Source of the DNA: Candidatus Methylomirabilia bacterium
GTDB taxonomy: Bacteria > Methylomirabilota > Methylomirabilia > Rokubacteriales > CSP1-6
DNA length: 26,038 bases
Reading direction: 5' to 3'
Assembly (NCBI GenBank): GCA_041497895.1
Contig: JBGQHJ010000063.1
Span: 1-26,038 of the forward strand
In this document: in pieces, positions 18,395-26,038 of the stretch
How the letters are laid out: each line of letters opens with the position of its first letter
Position numbering within the stretch: position 1 is the stretch's first letter
Notes under the pieces: generated by a model
The model's input: the letters and a program-made list of their open reading frames with translations, nothing else
What the model was told of the DNA's origin: nothing
Database searches by the model: none
Program-made: the position numbers and the translations under genes

Positions 18395-19714
18395 CTACTC
18401 GAGCACGCGGCCGAGGGTCTCGACGAAGCGGTCGACGTCGGCGTCGGTCATGGCCAGCGAGCAGGCGCCGAGGCCGCGCTGCGAGAGGAGCACGCCCTCG
18501 TTGACCAGGCCCAGGAACGTGCGCGCGGGCGCCTGTGGGTCCGCGGGGCGGGCGGAGCGATAGTCGCTCAGCCTCTTCTTGGTGTGGTGCAGCCAGAAGA
18601 GCGAGCCCACGCCGGTGACCTGGCCCGCGTAGCCCTTCTTGCGCAGGAGCCGCCGCACCCCGTCGCGCAGCCGGTCGCCGAGCGCCTCGAGCCGCGCGTA
18701 CGCCTCGGGGGTGAGCTGCTCCATGGTGGCGATGCCGCCCGCCATGGTGAGCGGGTTGGCGTTGAAGGTGCCGCCGTGGTTGATGCGACCCTTGCCGTCG
18801 CGCGGGTCGTAGTAGTTCATCACCTCGGCGCGCCCGCCGAAGGCGCCGACCGCGAGGCCGCCGCCGATGATCTTGCCGAGGGTGGTGAGGTCGGGCCGGA
18901 TGCCGAAGCGCTCCTGGGCGCCGCCGCGACCGACCCGGAACGAGATCACCTCGTCGAAGATGAGGAGGATGCCGAGCCGCGCGGTCACCTCGCGGAGCTT
19001 CTCGAGGAAGCCCTCGCGCACCGGGATCATCCCCGCGTTCGCGAGCAGCGGGTCGATCAGCAGCGCGGCGATGTCGCTCCCCTGCTTCTCGAGGATCTTC
19101 ACGCACGCGTCGGTGTCGTTCCACGGCAGCGCGACCACGTGCTTGAGCACCATCGGGGGCACGCCCGCCGACCACGCCACCGACTTCGGCCGCTTGCGCG
19201 AGCCCGCGGAGGCCGGGTCGGGGGCCACGCTCACCAGCACCCAGTCGTGGGTGCCGTGGTAGGCGCCCTCGAACTTGGCGATCTTGGCGCGGCCGGTGAA
19301 GGCGCGGGCGACCCGCACCGCGTGCATGGTGGCCTCGGTGCCCGAGTTGGCGAAGCGCACCACGTCCATGCCGGGGATCCGGGTGGTCAGGATCTCGGCG
19401 AGGCGGATCTCGTGCTCGCTCGGGCCGGGGAACGACATGCCGTGCACCGCGGCGTCCTGGATGGCCTTGACCACCGCCGGGTTGGCGTGGCCCAGGATCA
19501 GGCTCGTGTAGTTGCCGTTGAAGTCGAGGCGCTCGATGCCGTCGGCGTCCCAGACGCGCGCGCCCTCGCCGCGGGTGATGTAGAACGGGTACGGATCGAA
19601 GAAGGTGGTGGTGCGGCTGTTGCCGCCCGGCATGACGCGCAGCGCCTCCTCGAAGAGCTGGCGCGAGCGGGGGGTCTTGGCCTTGTAGTCGGTGACGGCG
19701 CGCTCGAGACTCAT
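18395..19714 (-). CDS. class III PLP aminotransferase (GSA-aminomutase-like, closer to beta-amino-acid transaminases than to true HemL)
   Basis: GGAGGAGGAG RBS before ATG 19714. MPGGNSRT..FF.PYPFYI.RGEG, NSGTEA, KFEGAYHG, LIFDEVISFR, GKIIGGGL (PLP Lys), HGGTFNANP. Confidence 0.9.
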   Translation of the reverse strand: MSLERAVTDYKAKTPRSRQLFEEALRVMPGGNSRTTTFFDPYPFYITRGEGARVWDADGIERLDFNGNYTSLILGHANPAVVKAIQDAAVHGMSFPGPSEHEIRLAEILTTRIPGMDVVRFANSGTEATMHAVRVARAFTGRAKIAKFEGAYHGTHDWVLVSVAPDPASAGSRKRPKSVAWSAGVPPMVLKHVVALPWNDTDACVKILEKQGSDIAALLIDPLLANAGMIPVREGFLEKLREVTARLGILLIFDEVISFRVGRGGAQERFGIRPDLTTLGKIIGGGLAVGAFGGRAEVMNYYDPRDGKGRINHGGTFNANPLTMAGGIATMEQLTPEAYARLEALGDRLRDGVRRLLRKKGYAGQVTGVGSLFWLHHTKKRLSDYRSARPADPQAPARTFLGLVNEGVLLSQRGLGACSLAMTDADVDRFVETLGRVLE

Positions 19715-19730
19715 GGGCTCCTCCTCCGGT

Positions 19731-20663
19731 CTATTCGATGGCCGCGTCCAGCGCCCGGCGGCTGTCCCGAAGCATCGCATGGGCCTCGGCCACTGTCACG
19801 CGGCGGAAGGAGAGTCTCCCGCCCGGCTTGAGCTGGGCGATGCGGCGAAGGTCGAACGAGCAGACGGTCGCGATCTTGGTGTAGCCGCCCGCCGACTGCC
19901 GGTCGGCGAGCAGCACGATGGGCTGACCCTCGCCGATGACCTGGATCCCGCCCATCGGCACGCCGTCGGAGACGATGTCGTGGCCGCGCGTGTGCTCGAT
20001 GAACGGCCCCTTGAGGCGCGCCCCCATGCGGTCGCTCTGCGGCAGCAGCTCGTACGGCCCCGCGAGGAAGGCGGCGATGCCCGCGGCGGTGAACCGGTCG
20101 TCCTGCGGCCCGAGCACCACCGCGACGGTGGCCTCGCCGCCATACACCGGGGCCTGTCCGGGGCGCACCCGTCGCGGGCGGGCCGGGGCGCCGGCAGCGC
20201 CCAGCGGCAGCCGATCACCCCGGCGCAGCGCGCGGCCGCCCAGCCCGCCGAGCCGGCCGCGCACGTAGGTCGAGCGCGAGCCGAGCACGACCGGCGTCTC
20301 GAGACCGCCCGCGACCGCCAGGTACGCGCGCACCCCGGTCCGGGCCGGCCCGAGCCGCAGCACGTCGCCCGCCTTCACCGGCACCGTCTCCCAGGCCGGC
20401 ACCGGCGCGCCGTTCAGGGCCGGCGCCATCTCGGCCCCGGTCACCGCGACCAGCCGATCGTCGGCGAACTCGACGCGGGGGCCGACCAGCGTGCACTCGA
20501 GGACGGCCGCGCCGTCCGGGTTGCCGACCAGGCGATTGGCGAGCAGGAACGCCTCGCGATCCATCGGGCCCGAGGTGGGGATGCCGACCCGGAGGTGCCC
20601 GAACCGGCCGGAATCCTGGATGGTGGTGAGCGGCCCGGAATCCTGGATGACCAGGTCGCTCAT
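19731..20663 (-). CDS. pxpC: 5-oxoprolinase subunit C (AHS2/KipA family)
   Basis: ATGA overlap with pxpB. GPLTTIQDSGRFG, ANRLVGN, GVRAYLAVAGG, SDRMG.RL, GGYTKIA. Confidence 0.92.
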   Translation of the reverse strand: MSDLVIQDSGPLTTIQDSGRFGHLRVGIPTSGPMDREAFLLANRLVGNPDGAAVLECTLVGPRVEFADDRLVAVTGAEMAPALNGAPVPAWETVPVKAGDVLRLGPARTGVRAYLAVAGGLETPVVLGSRSTYVRGRLGGLGGRALRRGDRLPLGAAGAPARPRRVRPGQAPVYGGEATVAVVLGPQDDRFTAAGIAAFLAGPYELLPQSDRMGARLKGPFIEHTRGHDIVSDGVPMGGIQVIGEGQPIVLLADRQSAGGYTKIATVCSFDLRRIAQLKPGGRLSFRRVTVAEAHAMLRDSRRALDAAIE

Positions 20664-21397
20664 GCGGCGGCGCCGGTGATCCGGGGCGCGTACTGGCCCG
20701 CCTCGACCTGGGCCGCGATGGCGTCGTACTCCGCGCGGTCGATCACACGGAAGCGCACGTGGTCGCCGGCGCGCAGCAGGATCGGGTCGGCCGCGTCCGG
20801 ATCGTACAGGCGCACCGGGGTGCGGCCCAGCACCCAGAAGCCCCCCGGGCTCTCGATCGGGTAGATGCAGCACTGGATGCCGCCGATGCTGACGCTGCCC
20901 GGCGGGGTCTTGGTCCGCGGGTTCTGCAGGCGCGGGATGGTCAGCCGATCGGGCATCCCGGTCATGTAGGGCAGACCCGGGGTGAAGCCCACGAAGTACG
21001 TGTAGTAGTCGGCCCCCGCGTGCAGGCGGACCAGCTCCGCGGGGGCGAGGCCGAGCTTCTCGGCGGCGGCGTCGAGCTCGAGGCCGAGCTCGCCCTCGTA
21101 GCAGCACGGCAGCTCGACGGTGCGGGCCGGGGGCAGCACCTCCGGCCGGGCCTTCGCGCAGAGCTCGCGCAGCGTGGTGCCGAGCGCCTCGTAGCCGATC
21201 ACCAGCGGGTCGTAGTAGACGAGGAGGGCGCGGTAGCTGGGAACGGTCTCACCGACCCCGGGCAGGGCGCGCTGCCGGAGCAGGTACTCGAGGGCGAGGA
21301 CGCGGGCGTTGAGCTCCCGGTTGACCTCGTCGCCCAGCTCGACGGAGACCGCGCCGTCCCCGCACGGCAGGAGACGCGGCTCGGGCCAGATCGTCAC
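20660..21397 (-). CDS. pxpB: 5-oxoprolinase subunit B (AHS1/KipI family)
   Basis: GDGAVSVELG, VPSYRALLVYYDP, GFTPGLPYM, PRLQNPRT, YPIESPGGFWVLGRTP. Confidence 0.92.
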   Translation of the reverse strand: MTIWPEPRLLPCGDGAVSVELGDEVNRELNARVLALEYLLRQRALPGVGETVPSYRALLVYYDPLVIGYEALGTTLRELCAKARPEVLPPARTVELPCCYEGELGLELDAAAEKLGLAPAELVRLHAGADYYTYFVGFTPGLPYMTGMPDRLTIPRLQNPRTKTPPGSVSIGGIQCCIYPIESPGGFWVLGRTPVRLYDPDAADPILLRAGDHVRFRVIDRAEYDAIAAQVEAGQYAPRITGAAA

Positions 21398-21410
21398 CGG
21401 GCGAGAAGCG

Positions 21411-22199
21411 TCAAATCGCGGCCAGCGCGTGGTTCGGCAGGTCGGTGATGAACATGTGCCCCGGGCTGTGGGTGATCATGAAGGCGGGTTTCGACGCGAG
21501 CGCCACCGCCTGCGGGGTGACCCCGCACGCCCAGAAGACCGGCGTCTCGCCCGCGCGCACGCCCACCGAGTCGCCCCAGTCCGGCTTGTTCACGTCCGCG
21601 ATGCCGAGCGCGGCCGGGTCGCCCACGTGCACCGGCGCGCCGTGCGCGCCGGGGAAACGCGCGGAGGCGGTGACCGCCTTGGAGATGAGCCCGGTCGGGA
21701 TCGGGCGCATCGAGACCACCATCGGGCCGTGGAACTGCCCGGCGGGCCGGCACTGCACGGAGGTCTTCCACATCGCGACGTTCTTGCCCATCTCGATGTG
21801 GCGCATCGGAATGCCCGCGTCGAGCAGCGCCCACTCGAACGTGAACGAGCAGCCGAGCAGGAACGCCACCAGGTCGTCGCGCCAGAACGGCCGGACGTCG
21901 GTCACCTCGTCGGCGAGCACGCCGTCCTTGTAGATGCGGTAACGCGGCACGTCGGTGCGGAGGTCGGCCCCCGGGGCCACCCCGACCGGCTCGGGCGATC
22001 CCACGTCGGTGACCTCGATGAGCGGGCACGGCCGCGGGTTGCGCTGGCAGAAGAGCAGGAAGTCGTAGGCCTGCTCCCTCGGCAGCACCGCGAGGTTGGC
22101 CTGGACATAGCCGGGCGCGAGCCCGGCGGTCACCCCGGTCAGCCGACCGGCTCGGATGTCGGCGCGGATCTCCTTCGGATGGCGGGCGTCGATGGGCAT
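21411..22199 (-). CDS. DUF1445 putative hydro-lyase (D-glutamate cyclase-like, YcsI family)
   Basis: GYVQANL, FCQRNPRPCPL, DLRTDVPRYRIY, GCSFTFE, VVSMRP, HGAPVHVGDP, VFWACGVTPQ, ITHSPGHM. Confidence 0.92.
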   Translation of the reverse strand: MPIDARHPKEIRADIRAGRLTGVTAGLAPGYVQANLAVLPREQAYDFLLFCQRNPRPCPLIEVTDVGSPEPVGVAPGADLRTDVPRYRIYKDGVLADEVTDVRPFWRDDLVAFLLGCSFTFEWALLDAGIPMRHIEMGKNVAMWKTSVQCRPAGQFHGPMVVSMRPIPTGLISKAVTASARFPGAHGAPVHVGDPAALGIADVNKPDWGDSVGVRAGETPVFWACGVTPQAVALASKPAFMITHSPGHMFITDLPNHALAAI

Positions 22200-22219
22200 C
22201 GGTGAGCCTCCCGGTCGAT

Positions 22220-23200
22220 CTACTTGAGGTGCCCGAGCCTCGGCCAGAGATCGGGGTTGCCGAGCACGTGGGGCTTCTCGCCCCGCAGCACGCGGAGCAT
22301 CTCCGCGGTCACCTGCAGCGCGGTGTTCCGGGTGCTCTCGCGGGTCACCCCCGCGATGTGCGGCGAGACGATCACGTTCTCGAGCTGGAAGAAGCGGTTG
22401 TCGGAGGACGCGGGCTCCTCCTCGAACACGTCGATGCCCGCGGCCCGGATCTTGCCGCTCTCGAGCCCGGCCACGAGCGCGTTCTCGTCCTGGGTCTTGC
22501 CCCGGGACGTGTTGATGAAGATCACCCCGTCCTTCATCTGGGCGACCGCGGCCGCGTCGATCATGTGGTGCGTCTCTGTGGTGTGCGGGGTGTGGCAGGT
22601 CACCACGTCGGCCTGGCGAAGCACCGAGGCCATGTCGGGCATGGGCTCGACCCCGCGGTTGCGCAGCTCGTCGGCGGGCACGTACTTGTCGTAGCCGATC
22701 ACCCGCATGCCGAGCGCGCCCGCGGTCTTGGCCACCCGGCGGCCGATGTTGCCGACCCCGATGATGCCGAGCGTCTTGCCGTTCATCTCGAGCAGGCCCT
22801 GCCAGCGGCCCTTGCCCCAGTCCGCCTTGCGGGTGCGCTGGTCCACCACCACCGCCTGCTTGGCGCAGGCCAGCATCAGCATGATGGCGTGCTCGGCCAC
22901 CGAGTTCGAGTTGGAGCCCGGCGCGTGCACGACCGCGACCCCCAGATCGGTGGCCGCGGGCAGGTCCACGATGTCGAGGCCCACGCCGTGCCGTCCCACC
23001 ACCTTGAGCGCAGGACAGGCCGCCATCAGGCTGCGGGTGCAGTCGGGCTTGGAGCGAAACAGGATGCCCTCCGCCTCCCGAGCGGCGGCGATCATGCCGC
23101 CCTCGGTCACGGCATCGGTCACGACCACGCGCGCCTCGGCCTCGAGCTGCTTCATCCCGTCCGGGTGGATGGGCCCTCCGAGCACGACCAGTGGCTTCAC
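22220..23200 (-). CDS. D-isomer-specific 2-hydroxyacid dehydrogenase (SerA-like, no ACT domain)
   Basis: RHGVGLDIVD, GIIGVGNIG (Rossmann), FINTSRG, DVFEEEP, SPHIAG. GTG 23200 is preferred because the ATG at 23209 lies inside the -10 box. Confidence 0.92.
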   Translation of the reverse strand: MKPLVVLGGPIHPDGMKQLEAEARVVVTDAVTEGGMIAAAREAEGILFRSKPDCTRSLMAACPALKVVGRHGVGLDIVDLPAATDLGVAVVHAPGSNSNSVAEHAIMLMLACAKQAVVVDQRTRKADWGKGRWQGLLEMNGKTLGIIGVGNIGRRVAKTAGALGMRVIGYDKYVPADELRNRGVEPMPDMASVLRQADVVTCHTPHTTETHHMIDAAAVAQMKDGVIFINTSRGKTQDENALVAGLESGKIRAAGIDVFEEEPASSDNRFFQLENVIVSPHIAGVTRESTRNTALQVTAEMLRVLRGEKPHVLGNPDLWPRLGHLK

Positions 23201-23207
23201 GGGGCGC

Positions 23208-23213
23208 ATTATA
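23208..23213 (-). promoter_or_regulatory. consensus -10 box (TATAAT) for a probably leaderless transcript
   Basis: TATAAT lies 7 nt upstream of GTG 23200, which is rare by chance in such GC-rich DNA. There is no room for an RBS between them. Confidence 0.65.
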
Positions 23214-23267
23214 GCGGAGGAAGGCTCATCGCGTCATCTGGCACGCGTCGTGCGACGGAGGACCGTC

Positions 23268-23606
23268 ATGATCCGCAAGTACGAGACTCTCCGGCGGGAA
23301 GCCGCCGACTCCACCGTCTGCTCCCTCTAACCGCCACGCCACCCGGACCGTCTTCGGCGAGGGCGACGCGCGCGCGGCCATCGTGCTGGTCGGCGAGCAG
23401 CCCGGACACGAGGAGGGCCGGAGGGGTGGGAAGCGCCGCATCCGCGAGCGCCCGAGCCAGTGACCATTCACCCTTTCGCGATCCTCCGGATCCCCGACCC
23501 GGCGAACCGCGAAGCGGAGGAGCATCGTCTCGCCGACGATCTGCGCCGCGCGGCTCGTTCCGCCCACCGCGCAGTTCGCGCGCGAGAGGAAAAAACGACC
23601 GGGTAG
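23268..23606 (+). pseudogene. udgX: UdgX-family uracil-DNA-binding/glycosylase remnant with a frameshift and two large internal deletions
   Basis: GGAGG RBS plus ATG 23268 gives MIRKYETLRREAADSTVCSL*. The +1 frame continues RHATRTVFGEGDARAAIVLVGEQPGHEE (GEQPG at 23392-23406), then GKRRIRERP (23431-23445). The original frame resumes at 23460 with VTIHPFAILRIPDP...LADDLRRA...*. Motif order matches UdgX (GEQPG, KRRIH, HPSxxLR). Confidence 0.8.
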
Positions 23607-23708
23607 ATCCTCCCGGGTTCGCGCCATCCGCGCGTCCCGACCCGTCCACCCGATCCGGAGAGCCCGCGGAAATCGCGGTGGCGGAGAAGCCCCGCGTGCG
23701 TGATCGGA

Positions 23709-23724
23709 TGGCACGCGCCTTGAA
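23709..23724 (+). promoter_or_regulatory. putative sigma54 (-24/-12) promoter
   Basis: TGGCACG-CGCC-TTGAA, with a perfect -24 and GA instead of GC at -12, about 55 nt upstream of the nucleotidyltransferase ATG. Confidence 0.6.
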
Positions 23725-23779
23725 CTTCCGTGCCCAGCCACCATAACCGACCCGCGGCCGCCGAGGCCAGGAGGACATC

Positions 23780-24781
23780 ATGCCGCAGCCGACGACGCTT
23801 CTGGCCGGTCGAGAGGGAATCGAGAGCGATGGCGCCATCCGCATGCCCGGCGGGCAGAATTGCTGGGCCATCGTGCTCGCCGGGGGCGAGGGCATGCGCC
23901 TGCGCTCGCTCGTGCGGCAGGTCCTCGGTGACGACCGTCCGAAGCAGTACGCGCGGCTGCTGGGGACCCGGAGCCTGCTCGGCCAGACCCTGGACCGCAT
24001 CGGGCTGGCCATCCCCGAGACGCGCACCCTGGTCGTCACGGTCCGGCAGCACGCGGGCTACATCGCCGAGGAGTTCTCGGCCGCATCGCCCCGGCCGACC
24101 GTCCTGGCGCAGCCCTTCGACCGGGGCACCGCGGCCGCCGTGCTCTACCCGGCCCACTGGATCGCGTGGCGTAACCCGGAGGCCATCGTCTCGATCTTCC
24201 CGTCCGATCACTTCCTCCTGGGCGAGGCCAGCTTCATGGCCCACGTGGCCGAGGTGGCGGCGTGGGTGGAGAAGAATCCGGAGCGGCTCGTGCTGCTGGG
24301 TGCCCAGCCGACGTCACCGGAGGTCGAGTACGGCTGGATCGAGCCCGACGAGCGTCTGGACGACCTGTCCACCGGCCCGATCCGCTCGGTGCGGCAATTC
24401 TGGGAGAAGCCCGCGGTTGCGCGGGCGCGGGCCTGCATGACCGCCGGGCATCTCTGGAACACCTCGGTGATGATCGGCAAGGTGGCCACGCTGGTCCAGG
24501 CCGGCGGCCAGGCGCTGCCCGATCTGAGCGATCGCCTCGCTCGCATCGAGCCCTTCGCCGGCACTCCCGAGGAGCCCGACGCGGTCCGCCAGGCCTACGA
24601 GCTCATGCCGAAGGCGAACTTCTCGCGCGGGGTGCTCGAGGCGTGCCCGGAGACGCTGGCCGTCTCCCGGCTCCCGCGCATCGTGTGGTCGGATCTCGGC
24701 AGCCCGCACCGGGTGATGGAGGCCCTCACCCGGATGCGGATCCGGCCGGAGTGGGCTCGGTCGCTCGCGCCGTCGGCCTGA
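23780..24781 (+). CDS. sugar-phosphate nucleotidyltransferase (mannose-1-phosphate guanylyltransferase-like, no cupin/PMI domain)
   Basis: AGGAGG RBS. WAIVLAGGEGMRL, RPKQY, DRGTA, FPSDH, EYGWIE, FWEKP, LWNT, NFSR.VLE, WSDLGS. Confidence 0.9.
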   Translation: MPQPTTLLAGREGIESDGAIRMPGGQNCWAIVLAGGEGMRLRSLVRQVLGDDRPKQYARLLGTRSLLGQTLDRIGLAIPETRTLVVTVRQHAGYIAEEFSAASPRPTVLAQPFDRGTAAAVLYPAHWIAWRNPEAIVSIFPSDHFLLGEASFMAHVAEVAAWVEKNPERLVLLGAQPTSPEVEYGWIEPDERLDDLSTGPIRSVRQFWEKPAVARARACMTAGHLWNTSVMIGKVATLVQAGGQALPDLSDRLARIEPFAGTPEEPDAVRQAYELMPKANFSRGVLEACPETLAVSRLPRIVWSDLGSPHRVMEALTRMRIRPEWARSLAPSA

Positions 24782-24803
24782 AGGACCGACGGCGCGAGGG
24801 CGA

Positions 24804-25076
24804 TCAGGCCGAGGCCGCCGCGCGGCGCACGGGACGGAGCGGAGGGGGCGGCGTCAGAGTGAGGTGAAGGTCGCAGTATTCCTGCAGCAGGTCCGGGCAT
24901 TCTTCCCGGATCTCGGCCAGCACGGTGGGGGCCCCCTTGCCGAGTCGCAGGAGTGTCGCGGCCCTCGAGAGGACGCGCTGCTGCCGGGCAAGGTCGTGCT
25001 GCGTCTCCGAAATCTCCTTGCTGCGTCGGCTGATCTCCGCCAGCAGCGACGCTTCCAGCTCGTGCCGCTCCGTCAT
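24804..25076 (-). CDS. hypothetical 90-aa helical protein
   Basis: Strong AAAGGAG RBS before ATG 25076, its own sigma54-type promoter, and a coiled-coil-like N-half (LEASLLAEISRRSKEISETQHDLARQQRVL). Confidence 0.7.
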   Translation of the reverse strand: MTERHELEASLLAEISRRSKEISETQHDLARQQRVLSRAATLLRLGKGAPTVLAEIREECPDLLQEYCDLHLTLTPPPPLRPVRRAAASA

Positions 25077-25125
25077 CGTGCGCTCCTTTCTGCCGTCCGA
25101 GTCTCTGCGTGAGCCACTCGGGTAA

Positions 25126-25141
25126 AGCAAGCGGGCTGCCA
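25126..25141 (-). promoter_or_regulatory. sigma54 (-24/-12) promoter
   Basis: Minus strand TGGCAGC-CCGC-TTGCT with exact GG-N10-GC spacing, about 50 nt upstream of the 90-aa gene. Confidence 0.7.
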
Positions 25142-25371
25142 CGCCGATCCGCGCGCTTTGCCGCAGATTGGCGCGACGACACGACGCGACGCACAGCGTA
25201 GTGGGCGCAACTTACCGCGTAGGAAATTCTCACCCCGAGACGCCGGGCTCGGTCGGCCAGTCGTTCTTACCGCGCCGCTATGGCGACATCCGGGGCCGCT
25301 GGGCGCAAGCGACGTGAGCCGGTCGCTCGGTTCGCGCGTGTTCTCGCGATCTTCCAGCGCGGCCGCGCTTC

Positions 25372-25387
25372 GGGCATGGTGATTGCT
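25372..25387 (+). promoter_or_regulatory. sigma54 (-24/-12) promoter
   Basis: GGGCATG-GTGA-TTGCT (GG-N10-GC). The predicted TSS at ~25398 is just upstream of ATG 25403. Confidence 0.6.
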
Positions 25388-25402
25388 CTACGGCTAGATG
25401 CA

Positions 25403-26038
<636 letters not shown>

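Noticed and set aside
18395..19714. hemL assignment
   Set aside because: It lacks the PGGVNSPVRAF and SWGP signatures and has no tetrapyrrole gene context.
22220..23200. serA assignment
   Set aside because: No ACT/ASB domain, and family membership alone does not fix the substrate.
23268..23330. 20-aa small peptide MIRKYETLRREAADSTVCSL with a good RBS (leader peptide or RiPP precursor?)
   Set aside because: Better explained as the first fragment of the frameshifted udgX relic; no modification enzymes are nearby.
4535..23746. Many long plus-strand ORFs (e.g. 6592-8367, 9612-11528, 12541-14337, 16004-17830, 18107-19831, 22202-23746)
   Set aside because: They are antisense or alternate-frame shadows of well-supported minus-strand genes, expected at this GC content, with no family motifs.

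Overview
This is a very GC-rich bacterial chromosomal window. The tandem 'ABC_sub_bind'-type substrate-binding paralogs and the gene content suggest Ca. Rokubacteria/Methylomirabilota, but that is inference. Left to right it contains: (1) a tandem pair of ABC substrate-binding genes, the downstream one frameshifted; (2) a gamma-carbonic-anhydrase-like gene lacking the canonical Zn ligands; (3) a three-gene operon of a signal-peptide-bearing DUF151 bifunctional nuclease, a single-domain AAA+ protein with degenerate catalytic motifs (Walker B DQ) and a secreted DUF4197 protein; (4) an MFS transporter and a double-hotdog thioesterase-like gene; (5) an ECF42 sigma factor/YciI(DGPF) pair with its consensus promoter; (6) a ~14 kb, 15-gene co-directional run (2-hydroxyacid dehydrogenase, DUF1445 D-glutamate-cyclase-like, pxpB, pxpC, class III aminotransferase, pxpA, lipoprotein, gcvT-H-PA-PB, lipM, NUDIX, pepA, PHP); (7) a heavily deleted udgX remnant missed by the ORF track; (8) a sigma54 module with a nucleotidyltransferase, a 90-aa hypothetical protein and a truncated NtrC-family regulator, with several -24/-12 promoters. 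I saw no rRNA, tRNA, CRISPR array or transposase. All calls come from motif recognition by eye; no searches were run.
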